Notes: generated from the sequence alone by a model not told the origin. Numbered from the stretch's first letter, positions 1-11,800 are shown. The stretch: 64,000 nt of DNA from Patescibacteria group bacterium (GCA_043817315.1 JBDRGY010000002.1:1046-65045), one strand, 5' to 3'. Program-made: numbers and translations.

Positions 1-3000
1 ACTGTTTCTGAGGCTGCTGAAGTAGCACCAGCGGTATCTTTGGCTTTTACCCGATAATAATAAGTTTTAGTGTTGTCTAGCCCGACATCCAGGTAACCAT
101 AGGTTTCTGTTTCAGCAATTTGAGTAAAGCTATCGTCATCATCTATTGATCTTTCGATAACATAAGCAATTTCCTCATCCGTGGCCTGAGCTCCGTATGA
201 GCTGGCTGAAGTCAAAGGGTCCCAGACAATAGTAATTGTATATGACTGTCTTTCTCGATTGGATGAATCAGTAATAATCATGCCCGTTGGCACAGGCGGG
301 GAAGCGGTATGTGCCTCAAAGTTGACCGAATCGTAATTGTCATAGTTAACATTACTGGCATCATCTACGGCTACTACGTAGAAAGTATTATCTCCTTGTT
401 GAGTGGCATAAGCCCCAGGACCTAAGGTGGTTTGAGTGGTGTAAGAAGTATTGGTTTCGGTGGGAGTCGAATTGACTGAGTAGAAATAACCCTCAATAGT
501 TACTCCTTCATCTACCGGAGCACCCCAGGTGAATTTGAATGAGTTGGTGGTGTTACTGGTTGGCGTAACCGCTAAGTTAGTAGGGGCTGATGGAGCATCT
601 TCTGTAGTAAAGGTGTAATCAGTGGAGTAGCCGGTATTGCTATCACTGTCTGTCCATTTGGTCCGGTAGTGGTAAACGGTATTGGGTTTTAAACCGACTA
701 GAGTTACTTCGTGAGAGGTGACTGAATCTGCTTGACCCTGTTCATTACCATAACTAGTGGTGGTCCCGTATTCCACGAAGGAGGATCCTTCTCTATCAGT
801 CAGCCATTCCACTACCGCTGATTGAATCCTAGTTGCTGCTCCAGGGTTTCCCACCAAATTAGGCGGTTCATAGTACCTGCCCCTGGCTTGTTCACACACT
901 TCTGTCGATAATGCTGAAGTGGCTTCGGCGTTGTCTACTGCGGTAATCCGATAACAATACCAAGCATTTTGGGTTAAACCGGTGTCTAGATAACCGGTTC
1001 CGGTTACTTGAGATATTTCGGCATAGGTATCACTGTCATCTTCTGACCGATTAACGTTGTAATGGTCTACCGTACCAAAAGAAGGAGTATTCCAGGTCAC
1101 AGTTAAAGAATAGGTCTCTAGTTCTTGACTAGAGGTGTCAGTCACAATCACTCCTTGAGGAATACCTGGGGCGGTAGTGGTGGCCGTAAAATCGACTGAG
1201 GAATAGGCTGTCCATTCAATATTATCCACTTCATCAATGGCTACTACGTAGAAAGTGTTTAACCCTTGTCTGGTGGCAAAAGCACCTGACACTTCTGTAC
1301 TGGTTGTGTAGGTGGAATTGTCAGCGGTTGGTTCCTGGTTGACTGAGTAGTAATAACCGGCAATATCATTTTCATGGGTGTCTGGTTCATTCCAGGAAAG
1401 GGTAAATGAGTTAGTGGTTGAAATTTCCGGATCAACGGCTAAATCAGTCGGTTCTGATGGAGCAGAAGCAGACCAGTAGTATTGGACAGAAGTGTAAGAT
1501 GAATTAACATTACCAGCTACGTCCTTTGATCTGACATAAAACTTATTAATACCTTCCTGGTAAGCTTCGATGGAAGATATTGTAGTCTCTGAAATACAAG
1601 TGTCAGTCGCTCCAGCTACTCCTGTTTTGTAGCAATACTGATCAATGCCGGAATGGGCGTCGGAGCCGGCTGACCAGAGAAAGGTAAAATTGTCTTGGTT
1701 ATTAGTATAGCCAGCCGGGTCAGCGGCTACCACTCCGGGGTTAGTGGGCTCTGTACCGTCGTATTTGTAAATAAAAGCAGCCCAAGCTGAATCAGTTACC
1801 TGGCCAGCCGCGTCTCTGGCTTTGATTCTTAAATAGTAAGTAGTGCCATCTACCAAGGAGGAAGCAGTATAGGTGGCTGTGGTTCTAAGAGTTCCTGAAG
1901 TCGGTTCACAATCTACTGCCCCAAAGCACACCCAATACCCGGCATAACCTCCTGACATACCAGAATCACTATCATCATCTCCTGACCAGGTGAAATACGG
2001 TCCGGTGTGGTTGTACCATGTGTCTGTGGTAATGGCATCACCCCCGTTTTCCGAATAGCCATTGACTGTATCTGGATTAGTGGGATCATCCATATCCTTC
2101 ATGTAGTCAAACTGGTAGTCAGCTACCGATGGATTGGAAACACCATCACTACTAGTCAAAGTAATTTTCACTTGAATATATCTATTGGTGATATCACCAA
2201 CTAGGGCCACCATTTCAGTCCTTGTTTTAGTTTTAGTTCCTGATGAAGTATAAGTATCAATAGTGGTCCAAGAAGACCAGCCCGTACTGCCATCTGCGCT
2301 ATGTCTCATTTCAAACTTAGCAGAAGTATTGACTGGAGTAGTCACATTGGTTGTAAAGGCAGTGGAACCTCCAGCACTACCGTCTCCCCAGGTGTAGATG
2401 TATTGGGCATCCAGATTTTGGGAAGTATAGGTGCCGGGGGATTGGAGGGAGGCCAACTCACTGCCCAAAGAAGTGGAAGGCTCTGTAGACATAATTTTAT
2501 GAGCTTGAAAATCATCGAATCTTGCTATACCGGGGTAATGAGAAAATCCAGGATAACCCGAGGCGAAATTAGAATTTGTATCAGTCACCGTAAGTTCCCA
2601 ACTGCCGGGTTCAGCCTGCCCCACTTCCCACACCTTCATTTTCAAATCGTAATTAATAAATTGAACCTTAAAATAGTATTGAGTTTCTACCACATTAACT
2701 GGTGCTGCTGTGCTAGTCATTAGTTGCCAGGCTGCACCTACTCTTCTGTATAAATACAAGTTACTACTCCATCTTCCAACCATATAAGAATTGTTGGCGT
2801 CTTGATATCTGCCGCTAGATGCTAAAAGTTTGTGGCTAGTATCAAACACTTCTCCGGTTACTTTAAATATCTGTTCGTAGTCTGCCAATGTACCGACAGA
2901 GGTGTTCCAGAACGCGTACCAGTTGCTATTAACATCAACCCTATACTCACCGCCAACAACTGTAGCTGATGCCAAGGTTCCTGCCATCGATGCACTTGTC

Positions 3001-3677
3001 CAACCATCTGCATTTCCATCTTCAAAATCATCCCAAAAAGCAAAAACTCCGGTTCTGTCCACTGGAGGACTGACTGCAGAATCATTACCATAATACATAT
3101 AATAATCCGTATCAGTAGACGAGGCCGGAATAGCCGCTTGGGTTTTTAACTGAATTGTTGTATCTGATTGATTCCATGATTCTCCGTCAGCTAATACTCG
3201 ATCAAGTTCGTTGTTGGCACCGCCATCCCAGTAGACAATTCTAATATCATCTCCGGAGACCAATGATTTACTGTTGGTAACTAAGTCATCATGATCTAAT
3301 TCCAGGGAAACAGTATAGTCTGTCGCCATTTCCGATCCAATATTATTGGTAACGGTGATTTGTTTGCGAAAACTATAGGAACCGTTCCACCAATTTGATC
3401 CTCCGTCACCATTGATTTCGATGGCATCACCGGTAACCGTAATATCATCCAATGTGCCTAAGTTCCAATCAGCATCTGATGTAATGGTGACTGAACCGGC
3501 TTGAGGAGCGGCCAGGATAATCGGCCATTGAACTATGGAAACTACAAGGGCTAATAACAAAAATACCGAAATCACCAGCTGAATTCGGTATCTTATTTGG
3601 TAAACTCGAAGTCTATGCAAGGCTTGCTGCAACCTTGTTTTTAACTCGCTAATTTGCGATGTCGGATTTCTCCGCAT
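1..3677 (-). CDS. Giant membrane-anchored surface protein, paralog 3. Only the N-terminal >=1225 aa are present; the C-terminus lies beyond the left window edge.
   Basis: Absent from the ORF track because it has no stop inside the window. My translation of the minus strand from the ATG at 3677 (MRRNPTSQISELKTRLQQALHRLRVYQIRYRIQLVISVFLLLALVVSIVQW...) stays open to position 1. The N-terminus, the FN3-like modules (NTTNSFKFTWGAPVDEGVTIEGYFYSVN...) and the DNA (541-600 vs 5581-5640) are paralogous to the 1688-aa neighbour. The N-terminal part looks DUF2341/LamG-like (YSFRKQITVTNN...DYTVSLELDHDDL...GDDIRIVYWDG). Confidence 0.85.
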   Translation of the reverse strand, partial: MRRNPTSQISELKTRLQQALHRLRVYQIRYRIQLVISVFLLLALVVSIVQWPIILAAPQAGSVTITSDADWNLGTLDDITVTGDAIEINGDGGSNWWNGSYSFRKQITVTNNIGSEMATDYTVSLELDHDDLVTNSKSLVSGDDIRIVYWDGGANNELDRVLADGESWNQSDTTIQLKTQAAIPASSTDTDYYMYYGNDSAVSPPVDRTGVFAFWDDFEDGNADGWTSASMAGTLASATVVGGEYRVDVNSNWYAFWNTSVGTLADYEQIFKVTGEVFDTSHKLLASSGRYQDANNSYMVGRWSSNLYLYRRVGAAWQLMTSTAAPVNVVETQYYFKVQFINYDLKMKVWEVGQAEPGSWELTVTDTNSNFASGYPGFSHYPGIARFDDFQAHKIMSTEPSTSLGSELASLQSPGTYTSQNLDAQYIYTWGDGSAGGSTAFTTNVTTPVNTSAKFEMRHSADGSTGWSSWTTIDTYTSSGTKTKTRTEMVALVGDITNRYIQVKITLTSSDGVSNPSVADYQFDYMKDMDDPTNPDTVNGYSENGGDAITTDTWYNHTGPYFTWSGDDDSDSGMSGGYAGYWVCFGAVDCEPTSGTLRTTATYTASSLVDGTTYYLRIKARDAAGQVTDSAWAAFIYKYDGTEPTNPGVVAADPAGYTNNQDNFTFLWSAGSDAHSGIDQYCYKTGVAGATDTCISETTISSIEAYQEGINKFYVRSKDVAGNVNSSYTSVQYYWSASAPSEPTDLAVDPEISTTNSFTLSWNEPDTHENDIAGYYYSVNQEPTADNSTYTTSTEVSGAFATRQGLNTFYVVAIDEVDNIEWTAYSSVDFTATTTAPGIPQGVIVTDTSSQELETYSLTVTWNTPSFGTVDHYNVNRSEDDSDTYAEISQVTGTGYLDTGLTQNAWYCYRITAVDNAEATSALSTEVCEQARGRYYEPPNLVGNPGAATRIQSAVVEWLTDREGSSFVEYGTTTSYGNEQGQADSVTSHEVTLVGLKPNTVYHYRTKWTDSDSNTGYSTDYTFTTEDAPSAPTNLAVTPTSNTTNSFKFTWGAPVDEGVTIEGYFYSVNSTPTETNTSYTTQTTLGPGAYATQQGDNTFYVVAVDDASNVNYDNYDSVNFEAHTASPPVPTGMIITDSSNRERQSYTITIVWDPLTSASSYGAQATDEEIAYVIERSIDDDDSFTQIAETETYGYLDVGLDNTKTYYYRVKAKDTAGATSAASET

Positions 3678-3773
3678 GGTTGAATCTATTTTTGTTTTCT
3701 TTGGATTAAATACCAAAATACAACGCTCTCGCTATTTAAAGCGAGTCGTCATTGGCGTTCTATATTATATCAC

Positions 3774-3805
3774 AAAAAGGGGCTTAAGTCAAAGTCCCCT
3801 TTTTA
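3774..3805 (-). terminator. Hairpin terminator between giant paralogs 2 and 3
   Basis: AAAAGGGG...CCCCTTTT hairpin directly after the stop at 3825. On the minus strand it is followed by a TATAAT-like box ahead of the 3677 start. Confidence 0.5.
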
Positions 3806-3824
3806 TCTTTTTCCCTATACTTAG

Positions 3825-6800
3825 CTAAAACAAATTTCCCATATTACTCATCCAAGAGAAAGTATCAGACAGATTATCTATTACGATTTGTAAAAATGAT
3901 TCTCTCTTTCTGGAGGTTAGGACAGAGTAGCTATCAGATAGGGTTTCATTGTCTGCTTTATCAGTTGCCACAACGCGGAAATGGTAGGTTCTGGCTGGTT
4001 CCAGGTCTTTGATTACCATGATGTGGTCAATCACTAGTTCTGGATTTACATCGGTTGATCCGGTGTAAGTGGAAGAAGAAAGTCCTTCTCCGTATTCCAA
4101 TTGGGAAGAAGTTGGTTCATTGGTCATCCAGGAGACAATAATCTGGACTGAAGCGGTATCACCAGACCCCACAGTATTAGCCTCATATCTAACATCAGAA
4201 ATAATAGGCGGCGTAGTATCTTCTAAAGTGGTAAAGGATTCTTCGGGGGAAACTGCTTCGTAACCGAATTGATCCCTGCCCCTGACTGTAAACTGGTAGG
4301 TGGTGGCATCTTCCAGTCCAAAGACCAGGACACTGTGATCAGTTACCAGGGCGGTATTGCCTTGAGTTTTGGAAGGTGTGTCTTCATTACCGTATTCCAC
4401 CTCTGAAGTAGTGGGTACGTTGGTGGTCCATTTGACTTCGGTCTGGCCTTCAGCCTTGTTTTCTGATGACACACTTAAAACTCTGGGGAAAGTAAGGGTG
4501 GTAAAAGCATAATCCCCTGATTCCGGTGCATTGTCGGTAGCATCTAAACCAGTAGGCCGAAAATGATAAGTGGTTCCGTCACTTAAGCCTGACAATTTCA
4601 AGGTGTGAGATAGGGTTGAAGAACCGGTAGTGTCGTAAACTACGGAGCCATAATCTGTAGTGGTGCCATAATCAATCAGTGAAGTTGTTTCTTTATTGGT
4701 TTTCCAGGAGATAGTGGCTTCATATAGTTTAATATCACTAACCACAACTTCAGAAACCCGGGGCGCTTCCAGGGTGGTTAAGCTACTGATCGAGGACAGG
4801 GCAATGTTTCCGTCAATATCCCGAGAACGAATACGGTAATAATATTTGGTCTCAGCATTTAGACCCTCCAAAACTACAGTGTGGTCGTCACTCTCTTCAA
4901 TGGTTCCCTGCTCTTCGCCCAAATCTTCAGTCAAGCCATATTCAGCGTGAGAATCCGCCTCTCGGTCTGTTTCCCAAGTAATAGTGGCTGTAAAGGAATC
5001 AGGAGTGACTGTGGGGCCAGCTGAAATCGTAGGCGGCGTCCGGTATCTGCCCTCTGGAATCTCGGAAACTACAGTGGAGGCAGCAGATTGAGCTCCGGCA
5101 TTGTCTTTGGCCGTTACTTTATAGTAATAAGTGGTTTCATTAGATAAACTGGTATCGATGTAGGCAATCGATTGAGTTTCGCTGATATCTTCAAAGGTCT
5201 TATTGTCAGTCGAGCGTTTGATTATATAAGCTACCTCTTCACCTTCACCAGAACTTATAGTAGTCGGTGGGTCCCAAGTTAGGGTCAGCATATACTTTTC
5301 AGTGTATCTGTCAGACGAATCAATGATTAACATATTGGTGGGAGCACCCGGCGCCGCCGTATTAGCCTCGAACTCTATGCTGGCATGATTGTCGTAGTTG
5401 ATGTTACCGGCATCATCGATAGCTACTATGTAAAAAGTGTTAGTACCTTGTTGGGTGGCATAAGGTCCCGGGCCTAAAGTGGTCTGGGCAGTGTAGGAAG
5501 AGTTGGTTACACTTGGCTCCTGATTAATTGAATAGTAGTAGCCCTCTATGGTTACCCCTTCATCAACCGGTTCCCCCCAGGTGAATTTGAAAGAGTTGGT
5601 GGTGTTACTGGTAGGGGCAACTGCCAGGCTAGTTGGAGCTGATGGGGCATCCGCTGTTTCAAAGGTGTAATCACCAGAATAGCCGGTATTGTCGTCCTCA
5701 TCAGTAAACTTTACTCTGTAATGATATGTGGTATCCGGTTCCAAACCGATCAGGTTAACACTGTGAGAGGATAGATGATCATCCTGGCCGGCTTCGCTAC
5801 CATAGGCTGTGGTTTCCCCATATTCCACGAATGAAGAACATTCTCTGTCTGTTAACCATTCAATAGTGGCTGATTGGATCCTGGTTTCTGCCCCTGGGTT
5901 ACCGACCAGGCTGGGAGCTTCATAATATCTGCCTCTAGCTTGTTCACAGACTTCGCTGGAAGCTGCTGAGGCTGCCTCGGCGTTGTCGGTGGCTTTAATC
6001 TGGTAGCAATACCAGGCATTCTGGGTTAAACCGGTATCCAGATAACCGGTTCCTGTTACTTGGGATATTTCGGTGTAAGTATCCCCGCCATCATCTGATC
6101 TTTCTACTTTGTAGTGATCAATTCCTCCGCCTACTTGATCCGGTTCTTCCCAGGTAACGGTTAGTCTAAAGGTGCCTTGTTCTCTGTTAGAAGAATCAGT
6201 GACGATAATTCCGGTAGGAATACCGGGGGCTGAGGTTGAGGCTGTAAATTCTATGGAAGAATAGGAACTCCAGTTCTTATTGCCGGCAGTATCTACTGCC
6301 ACCACGTAGAAAACATTAGCCCCTTGCTGGGTGGCAAAAGCATCTGGGCCAATGGTGGTTTGGGTGGTGTAAGTAACATTGTTAGCGTTAGGAATAGCGT
6401 TAATAGCGTAGTAATAACCAGCTATAGTAGTATCATGGCTGGCTGGTTCCAGCCAGGAGAAAGTAAAGGAATTAGTGGTATTAGAGGCTGGATCTACTTG
6501 TAGATTCTGAGGTTCTGATGGAGCGTTGGCTGAATAATAATAGTTTACTGAAGTGTAGTAATCAAGCAGATTTCCAGCCACATCTTTGGACCTGACGTAA
6601 AAAACATTAGTGCCTTCCTGGTAAGAGGTGATTCCAGAGACAGTGGTTTCCGCAATACAGGTATCGGTGGCAGCCGGTGCCCCTGTTTTGTAGCAGTATT
6701 CACCAATGCCGGAATGGGCATCGGAGCCGGCATTCCAAGTAAAAGAATAACTATCTTCACTGGAAAAACCAGCTGGGTTGGGTAGGATCCCAGAGGGGTT

Positions 6801-8891
6801 GCCGGGGTCAGTGGCGTCGTATTTGAAAGTGAAGGCGGTCCAGGTTGCTACGGCTTTATTTCCGGCAACATCCTGAGTTTTAATCCTTAAATAGTAGGTG
6901 CCTGATGACGAAGGAGCAGCAGTATAATTGGCATCAGTAGAATAACTACCAGCAGTGGGATCACAACTAACTGCCCCAAAACACACCCAATAACCGTGGA
7001 CTCCAGATGGATTACCCTCTGGTCCGGCTGCATCAGCTGCTCCTGCCCATGTAAAATACGGTCCGGTGTGGTTGTACCAAGTGGCCGTAGTAATGGCATC
7101 GCCTCCGTTTTCGGAATAACCATTGATGGTGTCTGGATTGGTTGGCGGGGTAACATCAGAAGGGGTAAAAGCAATGGAATTATCTTCAAAGATTGGAGTG
7201 TTTCCTCCAGAGGGCGTTAAGGTCAACTGATACTGGACATACTGCTCTGTGTCAGTCACGCAGCTGTTGGCGCTCATATCTGAACCGCTTCCTATTGCCG
7301 TGCAAGTTGAAAAATCTGGAGCACCGAACATCACCGCGCTGTCAGAAGTGCGCACTTTGACTGCCACGGTACCTGAGCCCGAAGAATTATAAGCAAGATT
7401 GCCCCAGTCAGCTGAGAATTCAGTGTTAAAAATATTAGAGGTGAGTGTCCCTGTTGATTCATAATCTGATAGACTAAAATCATCGACGTAAACTGTTTTA
7501 CTAGCCTTCACCTGCACTCCATAAGTACGACTAGAAGCAGCCCCGGTTACAGTACCGGTTAGTTTGTACCAACCACCAGCATCGGCAGTGAAGGCTGTGG
7601 TCACAGTTGAGCCGTTGGCATAAAGCTCCACGTCAGCATCAGTTACTTCCGAGCCGTCAGTATAGGCGTAGGCTACTAAAGTATAAGAATTTGTATCTCC
7701 TACATTAACATTCTGTAAAAGTTCCACGGTATTTGTTCCAGAAACTACCTTGGCTGATCCTGCTCCATTTCTTTTGGTGTCGGTATCCAAAGTAAGGGTA
7801 CTGCCCAAGTTAAACTTGTTAGCCAAGAAGTTTTCCACCCCGTGGCGGTCTGCGGCTGAGATCACTTCGTCATAAATCATAAATTCAGCTATACGTCCGT
7901 TAAGATTCCAGGTACCATCGGCCCATTTGCCGATGGCTAGCCGCGGACTGGAAAAAGTGGCCTGGGAACCAATGGCGCTGACGGACTGCGATACACCATT
8001 AAACCAAAGAAAATGGCGGTTTCCAGTATTAGAAACTTGCTGGGAAAAAATCTGGAACCCCGAATCTATATTGGGACCATTGGCCACACCACCGTTGTAA
8101 TAGTTATAGTAGTCATCAGCGGTTCCTCCAGGAGCGTAGCGGGAGATAGACGATCCATTACTTGGACTGGCTGGATTGTAAATGAAGTATAGGTAATCGT
8201 AATTACTAGACGGCTGATTGGTGTAGTCAAACGAGGCCACTGAGATAACAGTGATATCAGTGATCGAAGCAATAGAAGTTAAGTCCACATAAAGCACTTC
8301 TCCGTTGCCAGCTGTATCAACGTCTGGCGAAAATTGGAGAACCGCTCGGCTATTCAACTCATCTGTTTCATAAGTCGGTCGGCGGCTGGCTGACGTTTGG
8401 GAAGCGTCGTTATTGCTGCTCGATTGGTCTCCCCAAACCTGGACGGTCTGTCCGTCTGTGGCCAGGGTTGAACCATTGTCATTATAGGCTTCAGCGTCTG
8501 CTCGCCCATAAAACTCTAAACCGCTGATAGTGGTCGGATCTATGCCCAGCCAGCTGTCTAGATCACTAGAATCATCAACGCCTGTATCAGAAAATTCCTC
8601 AGTGGCTGATACTGATACCTGCCCGGCCGTGGTAGTAGCATCAATATTTGATCCTGAAGCGTATTCGTCTACGGTCGAAGAGCCTACGCCACCACTCCAA
8701 TCAGTCTGCGTCCAGGGTGAATCGGCTGCTCGGGTAAACGGCCATTGGGTAACCAGTACAACTATAACCAATACTAAAAATACCGAGATTATCATTTGGA
8801 TTCGGTACTTAACCCGGTAAATTCTAAGCCTAGCTAAAGCCTCTTTTAGCTGCTTCCTTAAATCAGAGGTTTTACTCTGTCTGGATTTCAT
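3825..8891 (-). CDS. Giant surface protein, paralog 2 (1688 aa). It has a basic N-terminal tail, a single TM anchor, a LamG-like lectin domain, many FN3-like / purple-acid-phosphatase-N-like beta-sandwich modules, and a conserved C-terminal motif.
   Basis: Single 5-kb ORF with TM segment RIQMIISVFLVLVIVVLVTQW. LamG-like signature ...LNGRIAEFMIYDEVISAADRHGVENFLANKF. Internally duplicated ~100-aa modules (NTTNSFTFSWLEP...GYYYAINA...TQQGANVFYVVAVDTAGN and NTTNSFKFTWGEP...GYYYSINQ...TQQGTNTFYIVAIDDAGN). Repeated T.EW.T......VEYG.T..YG....H.V.L.GL...T.Y.FR units. Confidence 0.9.
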   Translation of the reverse strand: MKSRQSKTSDLRKQLKEALARLRIYRVKYRIQMIISVFLVLVIVVLVTQWPFTRAADSPWTQTDWSGGVGSSTVDEYASGSNIDATTTAGQVSVSATEEFSDTGVDDSSDLDSWLGIDPTTISGLEFYGRADAEAYNDNGSTLATDGQTVQVWGDQSSSNNDASQTSASRRPTYETDELNSRAVLQFSPDVDTAGNGEVLYVDLTSIASITDITVISVASFDYTNQPSSNYDYLYFIYNPASPSNGSSISRYAPGGTADDYYNYYNGGVANGPNIDSGFQIFSQQVSNTGNRHFLWFNGVSQSVSAIGSQATFSSPRLAIGKWADGTWNLNGRIAEFMIYDEVISAADRHGVENFLANKFNLGSTLTLDTDTKRNGAGSAKVVSGTNTVELLQNVNVGDTNSYTLVAYAYTDGSEVTDADVELYANGSTVTTAFTADAGGWYKLTGTVTGAASSRTYGVQVKASKTVYVDDFSLSDYESTGTLTSNIFNTEFSADWGNLAYNSSGSGTVAVKVRTSDSAVMFGAPDFSTCTAIGSGSDMSANSCVTDTEQYVQYQLTLTPSGGNTPIFEDNSIAFTPSDVTPPTNPDTINGYSENGGDAITTATWYNHTGPYFTWAGAADAAGPEGNPSGVHGYWVCFGAVSCDPTAGSYSTDANYTAAPSSSGTYYLRIKTQDVAGNKAVATWTAFTFKYDATDPGNPSGILPNPAGFSSEDSYSFTWNAGSDAHSGIGEYCYKTGAPAATDTCIAETTVSGITSYQEGTNVFYVRSKDVAGNLLDYYTSVNYYYSANAPSEPQNLQVDPASNTTNSFTFSWLEPASHDTTIAGYYYAINAIPNANNVTYTTQTTIGPDAFATQQGANVFYVVAVDTAGNKNWSSYSSIEFTASTSAPGIPTGIIVTDSSNREQGTFRLTVTWEEPDQVGGGIDHYKVERSDDGGDTYTEISQVTGTGYLDTGLTQNAWYCYQIKATDNAEAASAASSEVCEQARGRYYEAPSLVGNPGAETRIQSATIEWLTDRECSSFVEYGETTAYGSEAGQDDHLSSHSVNLIGLEPDTTYHYRVKFTDEDDNTGYSGDYTFETADAPSAPTSLAVAPTSNTTNSFKFTWGEPVDEGVTIEGYYYSINQEPSVTNSSYTAQTTLGPGPYATQQGTNTFYIVAIDDAGNINYDNHASIEFEANTAAPGAPTNMLIIDSSDRYTEKYMLTLTWDPPTTISSGEGEEVAYIIKRSTDNKTFEDISETQSIAYIDTSLSNETTYYYKVTAKDNAGAQSAASTVVSEIPEGRYRTPPTISAGPTVTPDSFTATITWETDREADSHAEYGLTEDLGEEQGTIEESDDHTVVLEGLNAETKYYYRIRSRDIDGNIALSSISSLTTLEAPRVSEVVVSDIKLYEATISWKTNKETTSLIDYGTTTDYGSVVYDTTGSSTLSHTLKLSGLSDGTTYHFRPTGLDATDNAPESGDYAFTTLTFPRVLSVSSENKAEGQTEVKWTTNVPTTSEVEYGNEDTPSKTQGNTALVTDHSVLVFGLEDATTYQFTVRGRDQFGYEAVSPEESFTTLEDTTPPIISDVRYEANTVGSGDTASVQIIVSWMTNEPTSSQLEYGEGLSSSTYTGSTDVNPELVIDHIMVIKDLEPARTYHFRVVATDKADNETLSDSYSVLTSRKRESFLQIVIDNLSDTFSWMSNMGNLF

Positions 8892-8894
8892 TTA

Positions 8895-11800
8895 TTAAAA
8901 CAAATTGCCGATGTTTCCTAACCAGGAGAAAGTCTGTTCTAGGTTGGAGATAACTATCTGCAAGAAAGATTCTCTGGCCCTGGAAGTTAACACTGAATAA
9001 TCGTCCGATTTAGTTTCGTTTCCAGCTTTATCTACAGCTATTGTTCTAAAATGGTAAGTTCGGGCCGGCTCCAGGTCGGGTATAATCATCAAGTGATCCT
9101 GCACCAGTTCCGGATTAATATCGGTCGAAGCTGAATATGAAGTTGACCCCAGCCCCTCCCCAAAATCAGCCGCGGTAGTGGTTGGCTCATCAGTTCTAAA
9201 GGAGACAATAATCTGAATTCTGGCTGCATCACCCGATCCCACTGTATTGGACTCATACTTGACGTGAGAAATGGTAGGCGGCGTAGTATCCTCTAAGGTT
9301 CTAAAGTTGTTTTCTACTGAAACGGCCTCGTAGCCGAATTGGTCGCGGCCCCGAACCACAAAATTGTAAATAGTTGCATCATTTAAGCCAAAAAGCAAGA
9401 CGGAGTGATCGGTTACCAGGGCAGTATTACCTTGAGTTTTGGACGGTTCATTTTCATTGTAGTATTCCACTTCCGAAGTAGTGGGCACATTGGTGGTCCA
9501 CCTAATCTCTGTTTGACCTTCGGCTTTGTTTTCCGAGGTAACATCAGACACTCGCGGAAAGGTTAGGGTAGTAAAGACATAATTATCCGAATTAAATTTA
9601 TTGCCGGAAGCATCTTCTGCATAAACTCTCAAATTATAGGTGGTTCCGTCTGCTAATCCTGTCAGTTTAATAGTGTGAGTAAAGCTAGTAGAGCCAGAGG
9701 TGTCAGTGTAGGTTAAACCATAATCCGTAGTAGTCCCATATTGAATCTGGGTAGTCGTTTCTTTATTAGTTTTCCAGGAAATTGTCGCTTCATACAACCT
9801 AATATCAGTAATCTCCATTTCCGATACCCGCGGCGCTTCTAGAGTAATAAATGAGGTTACGTCGGAATAGGCTTCATTTTCATCTCGGTCAATGGATTTT
9901 ACCTGGTAGTAATAAGTAGTTTCTGGATCTAAACCGGTAATCGTCACCGAATGATCATCAATTAAGTCAGAAGTTCCCTGTTCTCGATCATAATCTGTAG
10001 CCGAAGTTCCAAACAGGACAAAGGAGGAGGCCGGTCTTTCTGTTTTCCAGGTGACGGTGGCCGCAAAGGAATCAGGTACTATGGCCGGTCCAGCTGTAAT
10101 TTCCGGCGGAGTGGTATAACGACCGTCAGCTATTTCTTCAACTGGATCAGTGGCCGCTGAAGCGGATCCGGCTTTGTCAGCTGCTTTTACCTTGTAAAAA
10201 TATAATGTCTCAAATTCTAAATCAGTATCGATATAGGCAGTAGATTTGGTGGTGGCAATAACCTCATAGTCATTGTCCTCTTCAACCGCTCTATATATTG
10301 TATAGGTAATTTCTTCTTCCAGATCTTCTTCGACTGCATCTTTTACGATTCCAGAGGCACTGGGAGGATCAACCGAATTCCAACTGACCATTATTCGATA
10401 TTCTTTATCGGCCCGGTTGGAGACATCAAAGACTTCAGGATTAAGAGGAGCATCCGGCGGGATGGTATGAGCTTCAAAATCCACTACCGCATAATTGGCA
10501 TAATTTACATTACCGGCATCATCAGTGGCCACTACGTAGAAATTATTTATTCCCTGTTGAGTGGCTGCCGCAATCGGGCCTACTTCCGTATGAGTAGTAT
10601 AATAGACATTATCTTCGTTGGGCGGGGCATTAATACTGTAGTAATAACCTCCGACCGTAATTCCCTCGTCTACCGGCTCGGCCCAAGAGAAAGTGAAGCG
10701 ATTAACCATGTTTGATTCCGGATCAACTGCCAGATTGACCGGAGCGGAAGGGGCACCCAAGGTGGTTACTTCGTATATGGCTGATTCCCCGGTATTTCCA
10801 TCTTGGTCCACCCAGACTAATTTATAGTAATAAAGGGTGTCCGGTGATAGTCCAGTGACTAAAACCTCATGCTCGTCAACCAACTCTGAGGTGCCGGTTT
10901 CTTCTCCCAAACCTTCAGTCGTTCCGTATTGGACAAAAGAGGTAGCCGGATGAGGAATAACATTACCCAAACGATCTTGATCTGGCAAAGTCAGCCACTC
11001 GACCAAAACGGACCTGATGTAAGGAGTTACCGTCGGCTGACCGGACATAGTTGGGGCAAATTTAAATTTACCTTCCGGCTTAATACTTTCTACTGCCGAA
11101 TTACCGGAAGCGGCATTCCCACTGCCAACCGCTCTGATGAAATAACTATAGGTAATGGTGTTGTCCAAACTGGTATCTAAATAACCCAAAGTGGTAGTTG
11201 TAGCAATGTTGGTGTAATTATCTGGGGGATCAGCTACTGTGGATGGATTCTCACAATCTTCCTCACAACGATAAACTTTAAAGTTCTCGGCATTGGCCGT
11301 TTCATCCCAAGTCAGAGTGACTGAATATTTTTGAGTGGAACGATCAGAGGAGTCAGTCGCCTGCAAACTGGCTGGCGGATCTGGAGCAGTAGAAGTGAAG
11401 TCATAAGTTGTAGAGGTATAATTATCGTAATCAATGTTATTAATCACATCAGCTGCCACCAGATATAAAGTATTAGTCCCTTGTTGGGTAGCCGCTGAAA
11501 AACCAGGTAATAATCTGTTGTCAGTCTGATAGGCCGAGGTCCAACCACCGTCCGGACTGGGGGTAGTATTGCCGGCCGTATTGGTACCACAATTTTCGGC
11601 GCTAGGTAATTCATTGATTGTGAAACAATAACGTAAAATTTCATTAACATCACAAGGAGTCTGACCCAAACAGGTAGCCGGTAAGCTCCAGGAAAAGGAA
11701 AAAGTGTTATTGTTTGTGGCTGAAGTAGGCGTCGCCACTAAATTTTGCGGGGCTGTTGGCGGACTACCGGCATAGTAATAAGTAGTAGTGGCATAAGAAG

